Positions 9,445 through 18,354 of a stretch of 64,000 bases of DNA are shown here, piece by piece; positions within the stretch are counted from its first letter, which is position 1, and every line of letters starts with the position of its first letter. This stretch comes from Patescibacteria group bacterium (GTDB lineage Bacteria; Patescibacteriota; Minisyncoccia; Phycocordibacterales; PALSA-1337). The stretch is from positions 451,193 through 515,192 of the forward strand of contig JAZKDJ010000001.1 in assembly GCA_040387635.1 (NCBI GenBank). Reading direction: 5' to 3'. Both the position numbers and the translations under genes were made by a program. Below the pieces are notes generated by a model. It had not been told where the DNA came from. It worked only from the letters and a program-made list of their open reading frames with translations, and searched no databases.

Positions 9445-9668
9445 CGCCCATTAACTGCAGGTTGCAGTTGCTGTGAACGTTCGTAATCCGGGAGGTAGCC
9501 ATCTAGCGGCCAACGGGCATAAGATTCCATGGAAGGAAATGTGCCAACGCGTGCGGCGGCCTGATGTGACGCCAAATTAAGGGCGCCGAGTCCAGCGCAA
9601 ACCTACCCCGAAGGGTGGCCGCGCTGGTAGTTACGAGGTGCTGGTATGGAGGCTATTGCCTGACATAT
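9445..9668 (+). ncRNA. G+C-rich structured RNA candidate, best guess SRP RNA
   Basis: No ORF across about 220 nt. Contains GUAAUCC-GGGAGGUAGC and CUAGCGGCC (like Bacillus-type SRP RNA Alu-domain strings) and UCC-AUGGAA-GGAAAUGUGCC (like helix-8 UCC-GGAA-GGAAGCAGCC). Ends in AUAUUUUUU. Boundaries and class are not verified. Confidence 0.4.
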
Positions 9669-9759
9669 TTTTTAACTTTGTCGCCAAACGACGACTTGGT
9701 AAATTTAGCATGATTCTTAAATTAGGCAAGAAAATGAGCTCTGGTATACAATAGTCTGT

Positions 9760-10158
9760 ATGAAATACCTAGGCGTAGATTACGGCTCAAAAAGGATAGG
9801 GTTGGCGACATCGACTCCGGATGGGGCGATGGCTTTCCCGCACTCGGTAGTGGAGGTAAAAGGGAGGACGGCGGCTTTGATTGCTCATCAGATTGCCAAT
9901 ATCTGCGCTATGGAAGAAGTGGAGGCTGTGATTGTTGGAGAATCCAAGAACTACCAGGGTAAGGATAATGTGATAATGGCGAGTGCTAAAGATTTCATAA
10001 ACGAATTTTCAAAGATTTCTAAAATTCCTGTTGATACGTATCCGGAGTTCATGACTTCGCATCAGGCGGCGGCGCTGCAGGGTGAGAATAGTATGCTGGA
10101 CGCTTCCGCCGCCGCTATTATTCTCCAAAGTTATCTCGACGCGCACAAGCTTTCGTAG
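9760..10158 (+). CDS. ruvX: Holliday junction resolvase-like nuclease RuvX/YqgF
   Basis: N-terminus MKYLGVDYGSKRIGLATS; 132 aa. Confidence 0.85.
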   Translation: MKYLGVDYGSKRIGLATSTPDGAMAFPHSVVEVKGRTAALIAHQIANICAMEEVEAVIVGESKNYQGKDNVIMASAKDFINEFSKISKIPVDTYPEFMTSHQAAALQGENSMLDASAAAIILQSYLDAHKLS

Positions 10159-10185
10159 TTAGACGTAATAATGTAATCTAAATCC

Positions 10186-10647
10186 ATGACAGATCAAAAG
10201 ACAGACACAACATCAACAGACACAAAGCCAACTAGGGAACAGGTGGCTCCAGCTTCAACAACTCCTGTTCAACCAGCTCCAGCCCCAGCTCAACCTGCAA
10301 AAATTTCTTATGATGATTTTGCTAAGGTGGAGATTCGAGCTGGCAAGATCCTATCAGCTGAGAAAATTCCTGATACCGACAAGCTTCTTAAGCTCTCAGT
10401 AGACTTCGCTGAAGGTCAGCCTCGACAGATTGTTTCTGGAATCTCAATGTATTTTCCTGATCCTGCTATTCTCGTAGGGAAGACATGTACGTTCGTTACG
10501 AACTTGGAGCCTCGAAAGATTAAAGGATATGAGAGTAATGGAATGCTTTTTGCTTTATCAACTGCTCCGACAGAAGAAAATCCAAACGGTGCATTCTCAC
10601 TTCTCGAGCCAGGACCACAGATTCCACCTGGAACCAAAGCTAAGTAG
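10186..10647 (+). CDS. tRNA-binding domain protein (CsaA / MetRS C-terminal EMAP-like)
   Basis: FAKVEIRAGKILSAEKIPDTDKLLKLSVDF ... QIVSGI ... NLEPRKIKGYESNGML. Preceded by a Pro/Thr/Ala-rich N-terminal extension. Confidence 0.8.
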   Translation: MTDQKTDTTSTDTKPTREQVAPASTTPVQPAPAPAQPAKISYDDFAKVEIRAGKILSAEKIPDTDKLLKLSVDFAEGQPRQIVSGISMYFPDPAILVGKTCTFVTNLEPRKIKGYESNGMLFALSTAPTEENPNGAFSLLEPGPQIPPGTKAK

Positions 10648-10658
10648 CTTTTTAAACA

Positions 10659-11282
10659 ATGATTCATAGCCTTCTTAGCCTCATCGACCCGATGGTGATA
10701 GTGCAGACCGCCGGACTTATTGGTGTTATTGCTGTTGTTTTCGCTGAGACGGGACTTTTCTTCGGATTCTTTCTTCCTGGAGATTCACTACTCTTCACTG
10801 CAGGACTCCTGGCATCTCGAGGATTTCTTGGAGGAGGCGACTTGGGAATTGTTTGGTTGATTCTTGGATGTACTATTGCGGCTATTGTTGGCGATGCTGT
10901 TGGATACTATTCAGGCAAGAAAGCAGGGCCGGCGCTATTTAACAAAGAAGACTCACTCTTTTTTAACAAGAAGCACATCATACGTGCGCAGAAATTTTAT
11001 GAACAGCACGGTAAGAAAACCATTATCATGGCTAGGTTCATCCCTATTATCCGAACATTCGCGCCTATCGTCGCTGGAATAGGGAATATGAACTATCGGA
11101 CATTCTTGTCATATAACATTGTGGGAGGTATTGCTTGGGTGTGGAGTATGTCGCTTCTTGGGTATTTCTTGGGCAGCGCAATTCCTTCTATAGACAAGTA
11201 TATTCTGCCTATTATCATCGGAATTATCGCAGTGTCATTCATTCCAGCTATTATCCACGTTTTGAAAGAAAGAAGGCTGTAG
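10659..11282 (+). CDS. DedA-family (VTT domain) membrane protein
   Basis: FLPGDSLLFTAG ... ARFIPIIRTFAPIVAGIGNMNYRTFLSYNIVGGIAW. Confidence 0.8.
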   Translation: MIHSLLSLIDPMVIVQTAGLIGVIAVVFAETGLFFGFFLPGDSLLFTAGLLASRGFLGGGDLGIVWLILGCTIAAIVGDAVGYYSGKKAGPALFNKEDSLFFNKKHIIRAQKFYEQHGKKTIIMARFIPIIRTFAPIVAGIGNMNYRTFLSYNIVGGIAWVWSMSLLGYFLGSAIPSIDKYILPIIIGIIAVSFIPAIIHVLKERRL

Positions 11283-11294
11283 TACAATAGGGGT

Positions 11295-12362
11295 ATGTCC
11301 GCAAATTCTTTTGCTAATCTTTTCTTCAAGGTCTTTCCACCGCCAATACTTCTCGACACTCCATCGGCGGGATTAAGCATTTCTGACGATGCTGTACGAG
11401 CGATCAAATTTGCTCACGGCAAACACCATTTGGAAGTTGAATCATTTGCTGAGCTTGCCTTGCCTGATGGCCTCATAGAAGCTGGCTTCATCAATGATGA
11501 GAAAAAATTAGTGGAACTCCTCCAAAAATTTAGAACTGACAATGCATTGTCATATGTACACGCATCTTTGCCAGAAGAGAAGATGTATATTTTCTCTACT
11601 GACGTACCAACGACGGATCCTGATGATATTCATCAGAACATAGAATTCAAACTTGAAGAAAACGTTCCGCTCTCTCCGGCTAACGCCATGTTTTCATATC
11701 ATTTGATACCTAGAGGAAATTCTAATCATCAGAAGGTGGGTGTGTCAGTAGCTCCTCGCAAGGTGGTGGATGCTTATCTTTCGCTTTTTGAAAAGGCGGG
11801 CTTCACACCGGTGTCATTCGAGCTCGAAGCTCAGGCTTTGGCGCGTGCAGTTTTCGAAGACACTCTAAAGGGTGCTCGTGTTCTCGTGCATATAATGAAC
11901 AAAAAAACCGGTATCTATGTGGTGACTGATGGCGTAGTGCGGTTCACTTCAACGATACCTTTGGGTTCAAATGCCATTACAGAGGCTGTAAGCAAGGCAT
12001 TCAACGTTTCTCTGGAAGAAGCTCGGAAGATTCAGTATGCTCGTACAACAGCTGGTACAGAGGAGACCAAGAAGCTTTTCTCAGCTGTTATCAATGTACT
12101 CTCAGGACTTAAGGACGAAATATCAAAGGTTATCTCATATTGGCATACGCACGAAGATGGTCAGCACCAGGTCCATGCTGTAGTGCTCTCAGGAAGGGAT
12201 GCGCTCATTCCAGGGTTTGCAGAATACGTTGCTACGAATAGCTCTGTAACTGTAAGTGTTGCTGATGTTTGGAAAAACGTCTGCGTGTTCGATAAATATG
12301 TTCCGCCAATTCCTTACGAAGAGTCCCTTAACTACGGAGTGGCTATCGGTCTTGCCCTTTAA
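11295..12362 (+). CDS. pilM: type IV pilus assembly ATPase-fold protein PilM
   Basis: 355 aa, actin-like two-domain layout, followed by two bitopic proteins as in pilMNO operons. Confidence 0.7.
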   Translation: MSANSFANLFFKVFPPPILLDTPSAGLSISDDAVRAIKFAHGKHHLEVESFAELALPDGLIEAGFINDEKKLVELLQKFRTDNALSYVHASLPEEKMYIFSTDVPTTDPDDIHQNIEFKLEENVPLSPANAMFSYHLIPRGNSNHQKVGVSVAPRKVVDAYLSLFEKAGFTPVSFELEAQALARAVFEDTLKGARVLVHIMNKKTGIYVVTDGVVRFTSTIPLGSNAITEAVSKAFNVSLEEARKIQYARTTAGTEETKKLFSAVINVLSGLKDEISKVISYWHTHEDGQHQVHAVVLSGRDALIPGFAEYVATNSSVTVSVADVWKNVCVFDKYVPPIPYEESLNYGVAIGLAL

Positions 12363-12365
12363 TCT

Positions 12366-12920
12366 ATGTACACACTTCTTCCAGAAAATCATGTTCGAGA
12401 TTTGATCAGAAATTATCGGGGAAGGCTGATTGCCGTTTTTCTTTTCTTTTTGTCGCTCATGCTTATCTTCGGAACGATTTCACTTCTACCTGCATACATA
12501 GTTGCTAGGGGATATGAACGTGAAGCTCAGTCAAAAGCCAAAGTAGCTGATGCAGAGCGAAAGCTTCCACAGATTCAGGACGCTGATCAGAGAATACAGG
12601 AAGCGGAATTCCTCTATAAGAGCATCAACTCACTTAAGACACCATTCCTTCCATCAGCAGTAGTAACAGCAATCGTTGCAGCACGAGGGCAGGGAGTGAT
12701 TATTGATGCATTTGAGATGTCGCATCTTCCCGAAGGAAATCAGCTCAATCTAGTTGTACGAGGCAAAGCATCACTTCGAGACAATCTTGTAGATTTCAAG
12801 AAGCGACTTCTCGGCATTCCTGGCGTAACAAAAGTCGAGCTGCCAATTTCTGACCTGGCAAAGAGCAAGGATCTCACGTTCGGTCTTAAGATCATGGTTT
12901 CCTTAGAGCAATTCCAATAA
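12366..12920 (+). CDS. pilN: PilN-like pilus assembly protein
   Basis: Bitopic: short cytoplasmic N-terminus, one TM, then coiled-coil. Position follows pilM. Confidence 0.5.
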   Translation: MYTLLPENHVRDLIRNYRGRLIAVFLFFLSLMLIFGTISLLPAYIVARGYEREAQSKAKVADAERKLPQIQDADQRIQEAEFLYKSINSLKTPFLPSAVVTAIVAARGQGVIIDAFEMSHLPEGNQLNLVVRGKASLRDNLVDFKKRLLGIPGVTKVELPISDLAKSKDLTFGLKIMVSLEQFQ

Positions 12921-12921
12921 C

Positions 12922-13491
12922 ATGGCTATTCACCATCAAAAGAAAATATTCGCTCTCATACCGGCTGTGCTTCTTTTCCTTGTTACACTTGGTCTATATG
13001 GAGCCATGCATTGGTATATTTCACACATCAAGGCCGAGTCTCAGGTAATGATCAACACCATTGCTCAAAGCGATGAGAAAGTTCTTTCAAGCAGAAGACT
13101 GGCGTTGTCGCTCAAAGAAGTTGAACCTTTGCTGGGTGAACTACAAGCATATGGAGTTAATAGTGAAGAGATCGTTGGATTTATTGATCGTATTGAAAAG
13201 CTAGGGGACAAGACAGGATCTACTGTTACGATCGCATCAATCAATGTTCCTGAAGAAGAAGCTGTCCCTGGCCGGCCTTTTACGCCAATCGATATGATGA
13301 TAACTATAAACGGCAGCTGGAAGTCTGTGATGCAGACAGTTGAACTTTTTGAAAACCTACCCTTCAGGCTCGCGTTTGATAAAGTGCGAATCTACAAGAC
13401 AGGTGAGTTGTCAGGAGGTGCGGCGAAAAAAGCTTCACCAGGAAGCGCGTGGGCAGCTCAGTTTGGACTTAAGGTGATTCGGTTAAAATAG
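12922..13491 (+). CDS. pilO: PilO-like pilus assembly protein
   Basis: Bitopic, TM then coiled-coil then ferredoxin-like C-terminus. Assigned by position. Confidence 0.45.
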   Translation: MAIHHQKKIFALIPAVLLFLVTLGLYGAMHWYISHIKAESQVMINTIAQSDEKVLSSRRLALSLKEVEPLLGELQAYGVNSEEIVGFIDRIEKLGDKTGSTVTIASINVPEEEAVPGRPFTPIDMMITINGSWKSVMQTVELFENLPFRLAFDKVRIYKTGELSGGAAKKASPGSAWAAQFGLKVIRLK

Positions 13492-13495
13492 GCTT

Positions 13496-13861
13496 ATGGA
13501 TACAAAAGATATAAAACCAACAGGAGGAAGTGGTGCGGCGGCCCCAAAGCATATTGGATTGCCGAAAATTAACTTCTCGAAATTCTGGTCTCTTCTCGGC
13601 CGAGATCCACATGTGGACTGGGTAATTATGTTTGCTGTATGCATTCTCATTGGAGCTGGTGTTATTGGGTGGGGAGTGTATAGATTTTTCACTATAGATT
13701 CCAATGATGCTGCTCTTGGTGTAGTGGGAACTGAGGTCCAGGCAACACCCATAAATCCTGCTCAGTTTACGAATCTTTCTAAGGAGTTCGAGTCTAAGAG
13801 ATTGAAGACTGTCGAACTAGAAAGTGGCCAGGTGTACACGCCTGACCCATCTGTGATATAG
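13496..13861 (+). CDS. small bitopic membrane protein, possibly pilus-operon associated
   Basis: 121 aa with a single TM (WVIMFAVCILIGAGVIGWGVY). Starts 4 nt after the PilO-like gene. Confidence 0.4.
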   Translation: MDTKDIKPTGGSGAAAPKHIGLPKINFSKFWSLLGRDPHVDWVIMFAVCILIGAGVIGWGVYRFFTIDSNDAALGVVGTEVQATPINPAQFTNLSKEFESKRLKTVELESGQVYTPDPSVI

Positions 13862-13893
13862 TCTCGATCATACGAGACATGAGCAATCGTTTT

Positions 13894-13965
13894 GCCTTTG
13901 TAGCTCAATGGATAGAGCAGAGCTCTTCTAAGGCTTTGATGTAGGTTCGATTCCTACCAAAGGCA
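13894..13965 (+). tRNA. tRNA-Arg (anticodon TCT)
   Basis: 72-nt cloverleaf: acceptor GCCTTTG/CAAAGGC, anticodon loop CTTCTAA, T-arm GTAGG-TTCGATT-CCTAC. Confidence 0.85.
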
Positions 13966-13988
13966 CCCTAGGTTATTAAACAAATATA

Positions 13989-15050
13989 ATGAAGCCACTC
14001 ATCGGTTTTATCGGACAAGGCTGGATTGGTCGGCATTATGCTGACGACTTCGAGAATAGGGGATATCCCGTTATTCGATACAGTCTCGATCCGCAACATG
14101 TTCACAACAGAGAGCGCATATCCAAGTGCGACATTGTGTTCATCGCTGTGCCTACGCCCACAACTCCTCAAGGACATGATTACTCAACAGTGCAAAAAGT
14201 GCTTAGGCTCGTAGGAGTTGGCAAGATCGCAGTTATCAAATCAACTCTCATTCCAGGCGTGTTAGAAAAACTTCAGAAAAAATACCCAAAGGTTATCGTT
14301 CTTCACGCACCTGAATTTCTTGTTGAATCTACAGCTGCACGTGACGCTGCACACCCTGACCGAAATATTATCGGTATCATCAAGGGTTCCAAAGTTCATT
14401 ATGACGCCGCTCATAAGGTGCTTGAGGTACTTCCAAAATCTCCATTCACTCAAATCTGTAGCACCAATGAAGCCGAGCTCATCAAATACATCCACAATGT
14501 TCATGGATACATCCAAGTGGTTTTCTCTAATATGCTTCATGACATCTCAGGTGCTATGGGTGCTGATTGGGAAGAGGTCAAAAAAGCATGTATAGCAGAT
14601 CCAATGATGTCAGACTATTACCTCAACCCTATTCATAAGAGCGGACGAGGAGCAGGAGGAGGGTGTTTCATCAAGGACTTCAAGGCATTTGCGGATTTCT
14701 ATGAAAATCTCGTAGGTGACAAAAACGGCATTGATATATTGCGAAGTGTTGAACGAAAAAACATTGAGCTTCTAAAGAAAACAAAGAAAGACATTCATAT
14801 TCTCAAGCAGGTGTATGGAGATGATTTAAAGTATTTGGACAAGCCACAAGCGCTCCTTGAGGCGATTAAGAAGAATAAAGCTAAGGATGAGAGTAAGAAG
14901 ATTGTTAAGAAAAAGAAGTTAAATAAGCCGAGCAAACAAAGCAAGAAAAAGAAGCTGGCAAAAAAGATTAAGAGCTTTAAGAAAAAGCTGAAGCCTGTTA
15001 AGAAAGCGAAGAGACCACAGAAGAAGTCAAAAAAGAAGTCGAAGAGATAA
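13989..15050 (+). CDS. UDP-glucose/GDP-mannose dehydrogenase-family protein, truncated core with Lys-rich C-terminal tail
   Basis: GFIGQGWIG Rossmann motif, IFIAVPTPT, AVIKSTLIPGV, APEFLVESTA and catalytic-Cys-like GGGCFIKD. The last roughly 90 aa are more than half Lys. Confidence 0.6.
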   Translation: MKPLIGFIGQGWIGRHYADDFENRGYPVIRYSLDPQHVHNRERISKCDIVFIAVPTPTTPQGHDYSTVQKVLRLVGVGKIAVIKSTLIPGVLEKLQKKYPKVIVLHAPEFLVESTAARDAAHPDRNIIGIIKGSKVHYDAAHKVLEVLPKSPFTQICSTNEAELIKYIHNVHGYIQVVFSNMLHDISGAMGADWEEVKKACIADPMMSDYYLNPIHKSGRGAGGGCFIKDFKAFADFYENLVGDKNGIDILRSVERKNIELLKKTKKDIHILKQVYGDDLKYLDKPQALLEAIKKNKAKDESKKIVKKKKLNKPSKQSKKKKLAKKIKSFKKKLKPVKKAKRPQKKSKKKSKR

Positions 15051-15076
15051 TAGGAAATGGCAAAAGAGGGTAGAAG

Positions 15077-15107
15077 AAAAGGGCGATCGCATGCGATCGC
15101 CCTTTTT
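15077..15107. terminator. bidirectional intrinsic terminator
   Basis: Perfect palindrome GGGCGATCGCATGCGATCGCCC flanked by AAAA and TTTTT, between convergent genes. Confidence 0.8.
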
Positions 15108-15146
15108 CGTTTTTGTCTTTCAAAAAGAACTCAACAATTGAACCGA

Positions 15147-16286
15147 CTACACCGGGAGGAGCTTATCCGAGATGATTTTGGCAACACGGTTTGCGTTGCC
15201 GCCATCCACCCTGAAGTGCTTCTCCTGAGCAGCAGTCATGGCATTAGTTATGGCTCCAGTGAAGATTTGGCGCATGTGCATGGCCAAGCTGTCTGCATCG
15301 GTGGCTTTTGCCGCGCAGCCAAGGGTGACGAGAGGGAATTCCTCAAGGCCGGTGTCAGCCTCGATCTTTTGTTGGCTTTCATCGTCGATGAACGCGATCG
15401 CAGGTCCGCGCAGTGCTGCACGCTCCACGAGTGCTGTGGAATACACCGACATCATAATGCCTGCTGCTTGATTGAGCAGGTCCATGGTCAGATCTCCGCT
15501 TGTGGGGAAGTTCGTCACGCAGCGCTGGTTGGTGATGCTCGCGAGAGCTTCGTCCCAATGCTGGTGCTGATCTTTTTGGTTATCGAACCGAGGATGCTTG
15601 CGAGCGAGGAACTTGAACCTGGGCACGTCGTCACCAAGCTTGTTGATTGCTTGGGCGACTACTTTGAGGATTTCTCCTGCCCGGCGAAGCTGGCCGCTCC
15701 AAACAACGAGAGGAAGGCCGTCGGCATCATTCGTGATGCGATCGACTTCCTTGATTGCATCATGTCGCGCTGTGGGCTGTGCCAGATCCTTGAACCGATC
15801 CAGGGCAGGATAGCCTGCAGTATGGATGTTGTCGGCAGGGAACTCCGGCCATGCCTTGAGCGAAGCTTGTTTGCCGATGTCGTCGTTGACGAACAAGTGG
15901 TCGATCATATCTTTGGACCACGCCCATGCTTTGCGGTCTCTCATCCGCTGGCCCCAGAAGTCCTGAAGAGCGAAACGGACGGGCTGTCCCGTACTGTAGG
16001 TCCAATTCACGAGGTCCCTTCCAGGGCCGCCGTCGCTATCCATGCTGGTAACGATGGCGTGAATGGGAGAGGTGTGTTTGATCAAGACTTCTTTGGCTTC
16101 CTCAATCATTGTTACTGGACCATTGAACCGTTTCACTAATGGCATCTCCCGTGCCTTGCCTGAGGCAAAGACGTGAACATGATGGCCCATGTTAGCCAGG
16201 GCAGTGGCGACGGGGACTGCACCGTTTGCTCCTCCTGGGTCCTGGGCGCAGAGGATGACGTTTCGCACATTTTTCTTGGGTAGCAT
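15147..16286 (-). CDS. G+C-rich hypothetical protein, possibly GT-B-fold glycosyltransferase-like
   Basis: 379 aa with N-terminal ILCAQDPGGANGAVPVATAL (resembles a GT-B glycine loop). The 360-aa antisense ORF is treated as a shadow. The fold call is weak. Confidence 0.45.
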   Translation of the reverse strand: MLPKKNVRNVILCAQDPGGANGAVPVATALANMGHHVHVFASGKAREMPLVKRFNGPVTMIEEAKEVLIKHTSPIHAIVTSMDSDGGPGRDLVNWTYSTGQPVRFALQDFWGQRMRDRKAWAWSKDMIDHLFVNDDIGKQASLKAWPEFPADNIHTAGYPALDRFKDLAQPTARHDAIKEVDRITNDADGLPLVVWSGQLRRAGEILKVVAQAINKLGDDVPRFKFLARKHPRFDNQKDQHQHWDEALASITNQRCVTNFPTSGDLTMDLLNQAAGIMMSVYSTALVERAALRGPAIAFIDDESQQKIEADTGLEEFPLVTLGCAAKATDADSLAMHMRQIFTGAITNAMTAAQEKHFRVDGGNANRVAKIISDKLLPV

Positions 16287-16482
16287 TTCAAACTCCTTCT
16301 TTTGTTGCGTTTATCTAATAAATAATTACCATAAAAATACATAAATGTAAAGGAATTTTTCTCAAAAACCCTGAGGAGGCAATGTTGATAACTTTCCTCG
16401 CTAACTATCACAGAGGTATATACTTAATGGTATTGGCGCAGCAGGGCGCGTAATTAACAATAAAGATCGTTTTAAAAGTAAT

Positions 16483-16866
16483 ATGGCAAAAAAAGCATCA
16501 GTAGTGTTCGGAATCATTTTTGTAATCGTAGGTGTACTTGGATTTATCCCAAACCCAATCGTAGGAGAAATGGGACTTTTCCATGCGGACGCTGTTCATA
16601 ACATTGTTCACTTGATCCTCGGTATCGTTCTTCTTATCACAGCTAAGAAGCCAGCAGCGGCAGTAACCCTCATTGTTGTAGGCGTTATCTACCTTCTTCT
16701 TGCGATTATCGGATTCGTAGTGATCGACGCTGGAGAGACTGCACATCTTCTTGGAATCGCAGAGGCAAACGGCGCTGACAACTGGCTCCACCTCGTTCTT
16801 GCAATCGTACTTCTCGGAGTAGGATTCAAGGCGAAGAAGGAAACAGCAGCTCCAATGGTTGCGTAA
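16483..16866 (+). CDS. DUF4383-like membrane protein
   Basis: VFGIIFVIVGVLGFIPNP ... FHADAVHNIVHLILGIV; four TM segments. Confidence 0.65.
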   Translation: MAKKASVVFGIIFVIVGVLGFIPNPIVGEMGLFHADAVHNIVHLILGIVLLITAKKPAAAVTLIVVGVIYLLLAIIGFVVIDAGETAHLLGIAEANGADNWLHLVLAIVLLGVGFKAKKETAAPMVA

Positions 16867-16892
16867 TATTGGATATATCAAAATTGATATAC

Positions 16893-16924
16893 AAAACCGC
16901 TCGGACGTACGTCCGAGCGGTTTT
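16893..16924. terminator. bidirectional intrinsic terminator
   Basis: Palindrome CCGCTCGGACGTACGTCCGAGCGG flanked by AAAA / TTTT. Confidence 0.8.
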
Positions 16925-16933
16925 GCTAATAAA

Positions 16934-17010
16934 TGGTGCGGGATGAGGGACTTGAACCCCCGACCTTCTCAGTGTAAATGAGCTGCTCTACCAACTGAGC
17001 TAATCCCGCA
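16934..17010 (-). tRNA. tRNA-Val (anticodon TAC), CCA encoded
   Basis: Reverse complement is TGCGGGATTAGCTCAGTTGGTAGAGC...TTTACAC...GGGGGTTCAAGTCCCTCATCCCGCACCA. Confidence 0.85.
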
Positions 17011-17102
17011 TGTATTTAATTTTCAATAGACAGATAGTATATCAATTTGCGTCTTTTATCAATAGATTTGGCAAAATCGTCCAAATACCGTAGAGTAGCT
17101 CT

Positions 17103-17858
17103 ATGTTTGAGGCTATCAAGATATTATACGAAGACAAGGACTATGTGGTGATCGACAAGCCGTCTGGCTTGGTTGTTCATGCTGATGGGAAGACGGATGA
17201 ACCAGTTCTTACAGACTGGGTGCTCCAGAAGTACCCTGAAGCCAAGGGGGTAGGAGAACCTACGAAGCTGTCAGATGGTACTGAGATTGACCGACCTGGA
17301 ATCGTCCATCGAATCGACCGAGAGACTTCGGGTGTGCTTGTCATTGCAAAGAACCAGAAGGCCCACCAGGCGCTCAAGGAGCAGTTCCAGGAGCGATTGG
17401 TCCACAAGCGCTATCTCGCATTCGTATACGGCGAACTCAAGGACAAATACGGCATCATCAATCGACCTATCGGTAAGAGCAAGTCGGATTTTAGAAAATG
17501 GTCAGCCCAGCGCGGTGCGCGAGGGGAGATGAGGGAGGCTGAGACATGGTGGGAGCTGATTGCGTCGCACGATAATTTTTCTCTAATAGAAGCCGAGCCT
17601 AAGACAGGACGAACTCACCAGATCCGTGTTCACTTTACAGCGATTAACCATCCTATTGTTATGGATAGACTCTATGCTGCTAATCAGGTAAGTCAGAAGC
17701 CAAACGCTCTAGGTTTCAATCGTACAGCTCTCCATGCAAACAGCATTGAGTTTACACTTATGAATGGCAAGAAGAAGAAAGTGTCATCGCCGCTGCCTGA
17801 AGATTTCAAGAATGCACTCAAGGAGATTCGTATAAACCCTGAGGATATAAAGAAATAA
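17103..17858 (+). CDS. RluA-family pseudouridine synthase
   Basis: Catalytic motif HRIDRETSGVLVIAK and KTGRTHQIRVH. Confidence 0.85.
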   Translation: MFEAIKILYEDKDYVVIDKPSGLVVHADGKTDEPVLTDWVLQKYPEAKGVGEPTKLSDGTEIDRPGIVHRIDRETSGVLVIAKNQKAHQALKEQFQERLVHKRYLAFVYGELKDKYGIINRPIGKSKSDFRKWSAQRGARGEMREAETWWELIASHDNFSLIEAEPKTGRTHQIRVHFTAINHPIVMDRLYAANQVSQKPNALGFNRTALHANSIEFTLMNGKKKKVSSPLPEDFKNALKEIRINPEDIKK

Positions 17859-17873
17859 AAAAGGGAAATGAAA

Positions 17874-17908
17874 GGGCCGCCCGGGATGGATGGGGCGGCC
17901 CTGTTTTC
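17874..17908 (+). terminator. intrinsic terminator
   Basis: Stem GGGCCGCCC ... GGGCGGCCC followed by TGTTTTCG. Confidence 0.7.
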
Positions 17909-17958
17909 GTTCGATTCAATTGTGTTCTTTTTGTGCCTCTAACTTTCCTCCGTTTCGT

Positions 17959-18243
17959 CTACAGAGAGTTCTGTTTCACTATTCTGTCGACGATATTGTT
18001 GTAGGTCGCGGCGAACATGTTATACCAAACGCGTTCCGGGATAGGGGCCATGAATAGTCCGAGTGCTTTGATTGTTTTGTGCATGTTCAGAAACTGAGAT
18101 TCCAGCACCACTTCGGCCACCGTCTCGAACTTTGGCGAGTTGCTAAGCCTTTCGCTCAATACAGCCTGGTTTACCTCTACCTCTTTTGGTAGGAGCGTTT
18201 CCACCGCTAATATGGGTAAGGGAATGGTGGTCATACTCATCAC
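17959..18243 (-). CDS. hypothetical protein
   Basis: 94-aa ORF with no recognisable motif. Confidence 0.35.
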   Translation of the reverse strand: MMSMTTIPLPILAVETLLPKEVEVNQAVLSERLSNSPKFETVAEVVLESQFLNMHKTIKALGLFMAPIPERVWYNMFAATYNNIVDRIVKQNSL

Positions 18244-18354
18244 GTGTGTCTATAATTACTCTACTCCTCTATAGTTTAAAGTCAAAGCCAACGTGGCTAT
18301 ATTTCTCAATATCAGTTGCTTAAATACGGCCCGTATGATACATTGTTCTCCACT

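Noticed and set aside
13861-13878. Hairpin GTCTCG-ATCATA-CGAGAC after the pilus operon as a terminator
   Set aside because: The stem is only 6 bp and no U-run follows. It is too weak to call.
14860-15050. A-rich low-complexity tract
   Set aside because: It is in frame with, and forms the Lys-rich tail of, the dehydrogenase-like ORF. It is not a non-coding poly-A, a transposon end or a promoter UP element.
15057-16139. 360-aa plus-strand ORF
   Set aside because: It lies antisense to the 379-aa minus-strand ORF in a G+C-rich segment. Its sequence is Arg/Cys/His-rich and lacks protein-like motifs. It begins inside the palindromic terminator. I treat it as a shadow ORF.
16498-16881. 127-aa minus-strand ORF
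   Set aside because: It is exactly antisense to the DUF4383-like gene. Its composition is Cys/Tyr/Asn-rich and not protein-like.
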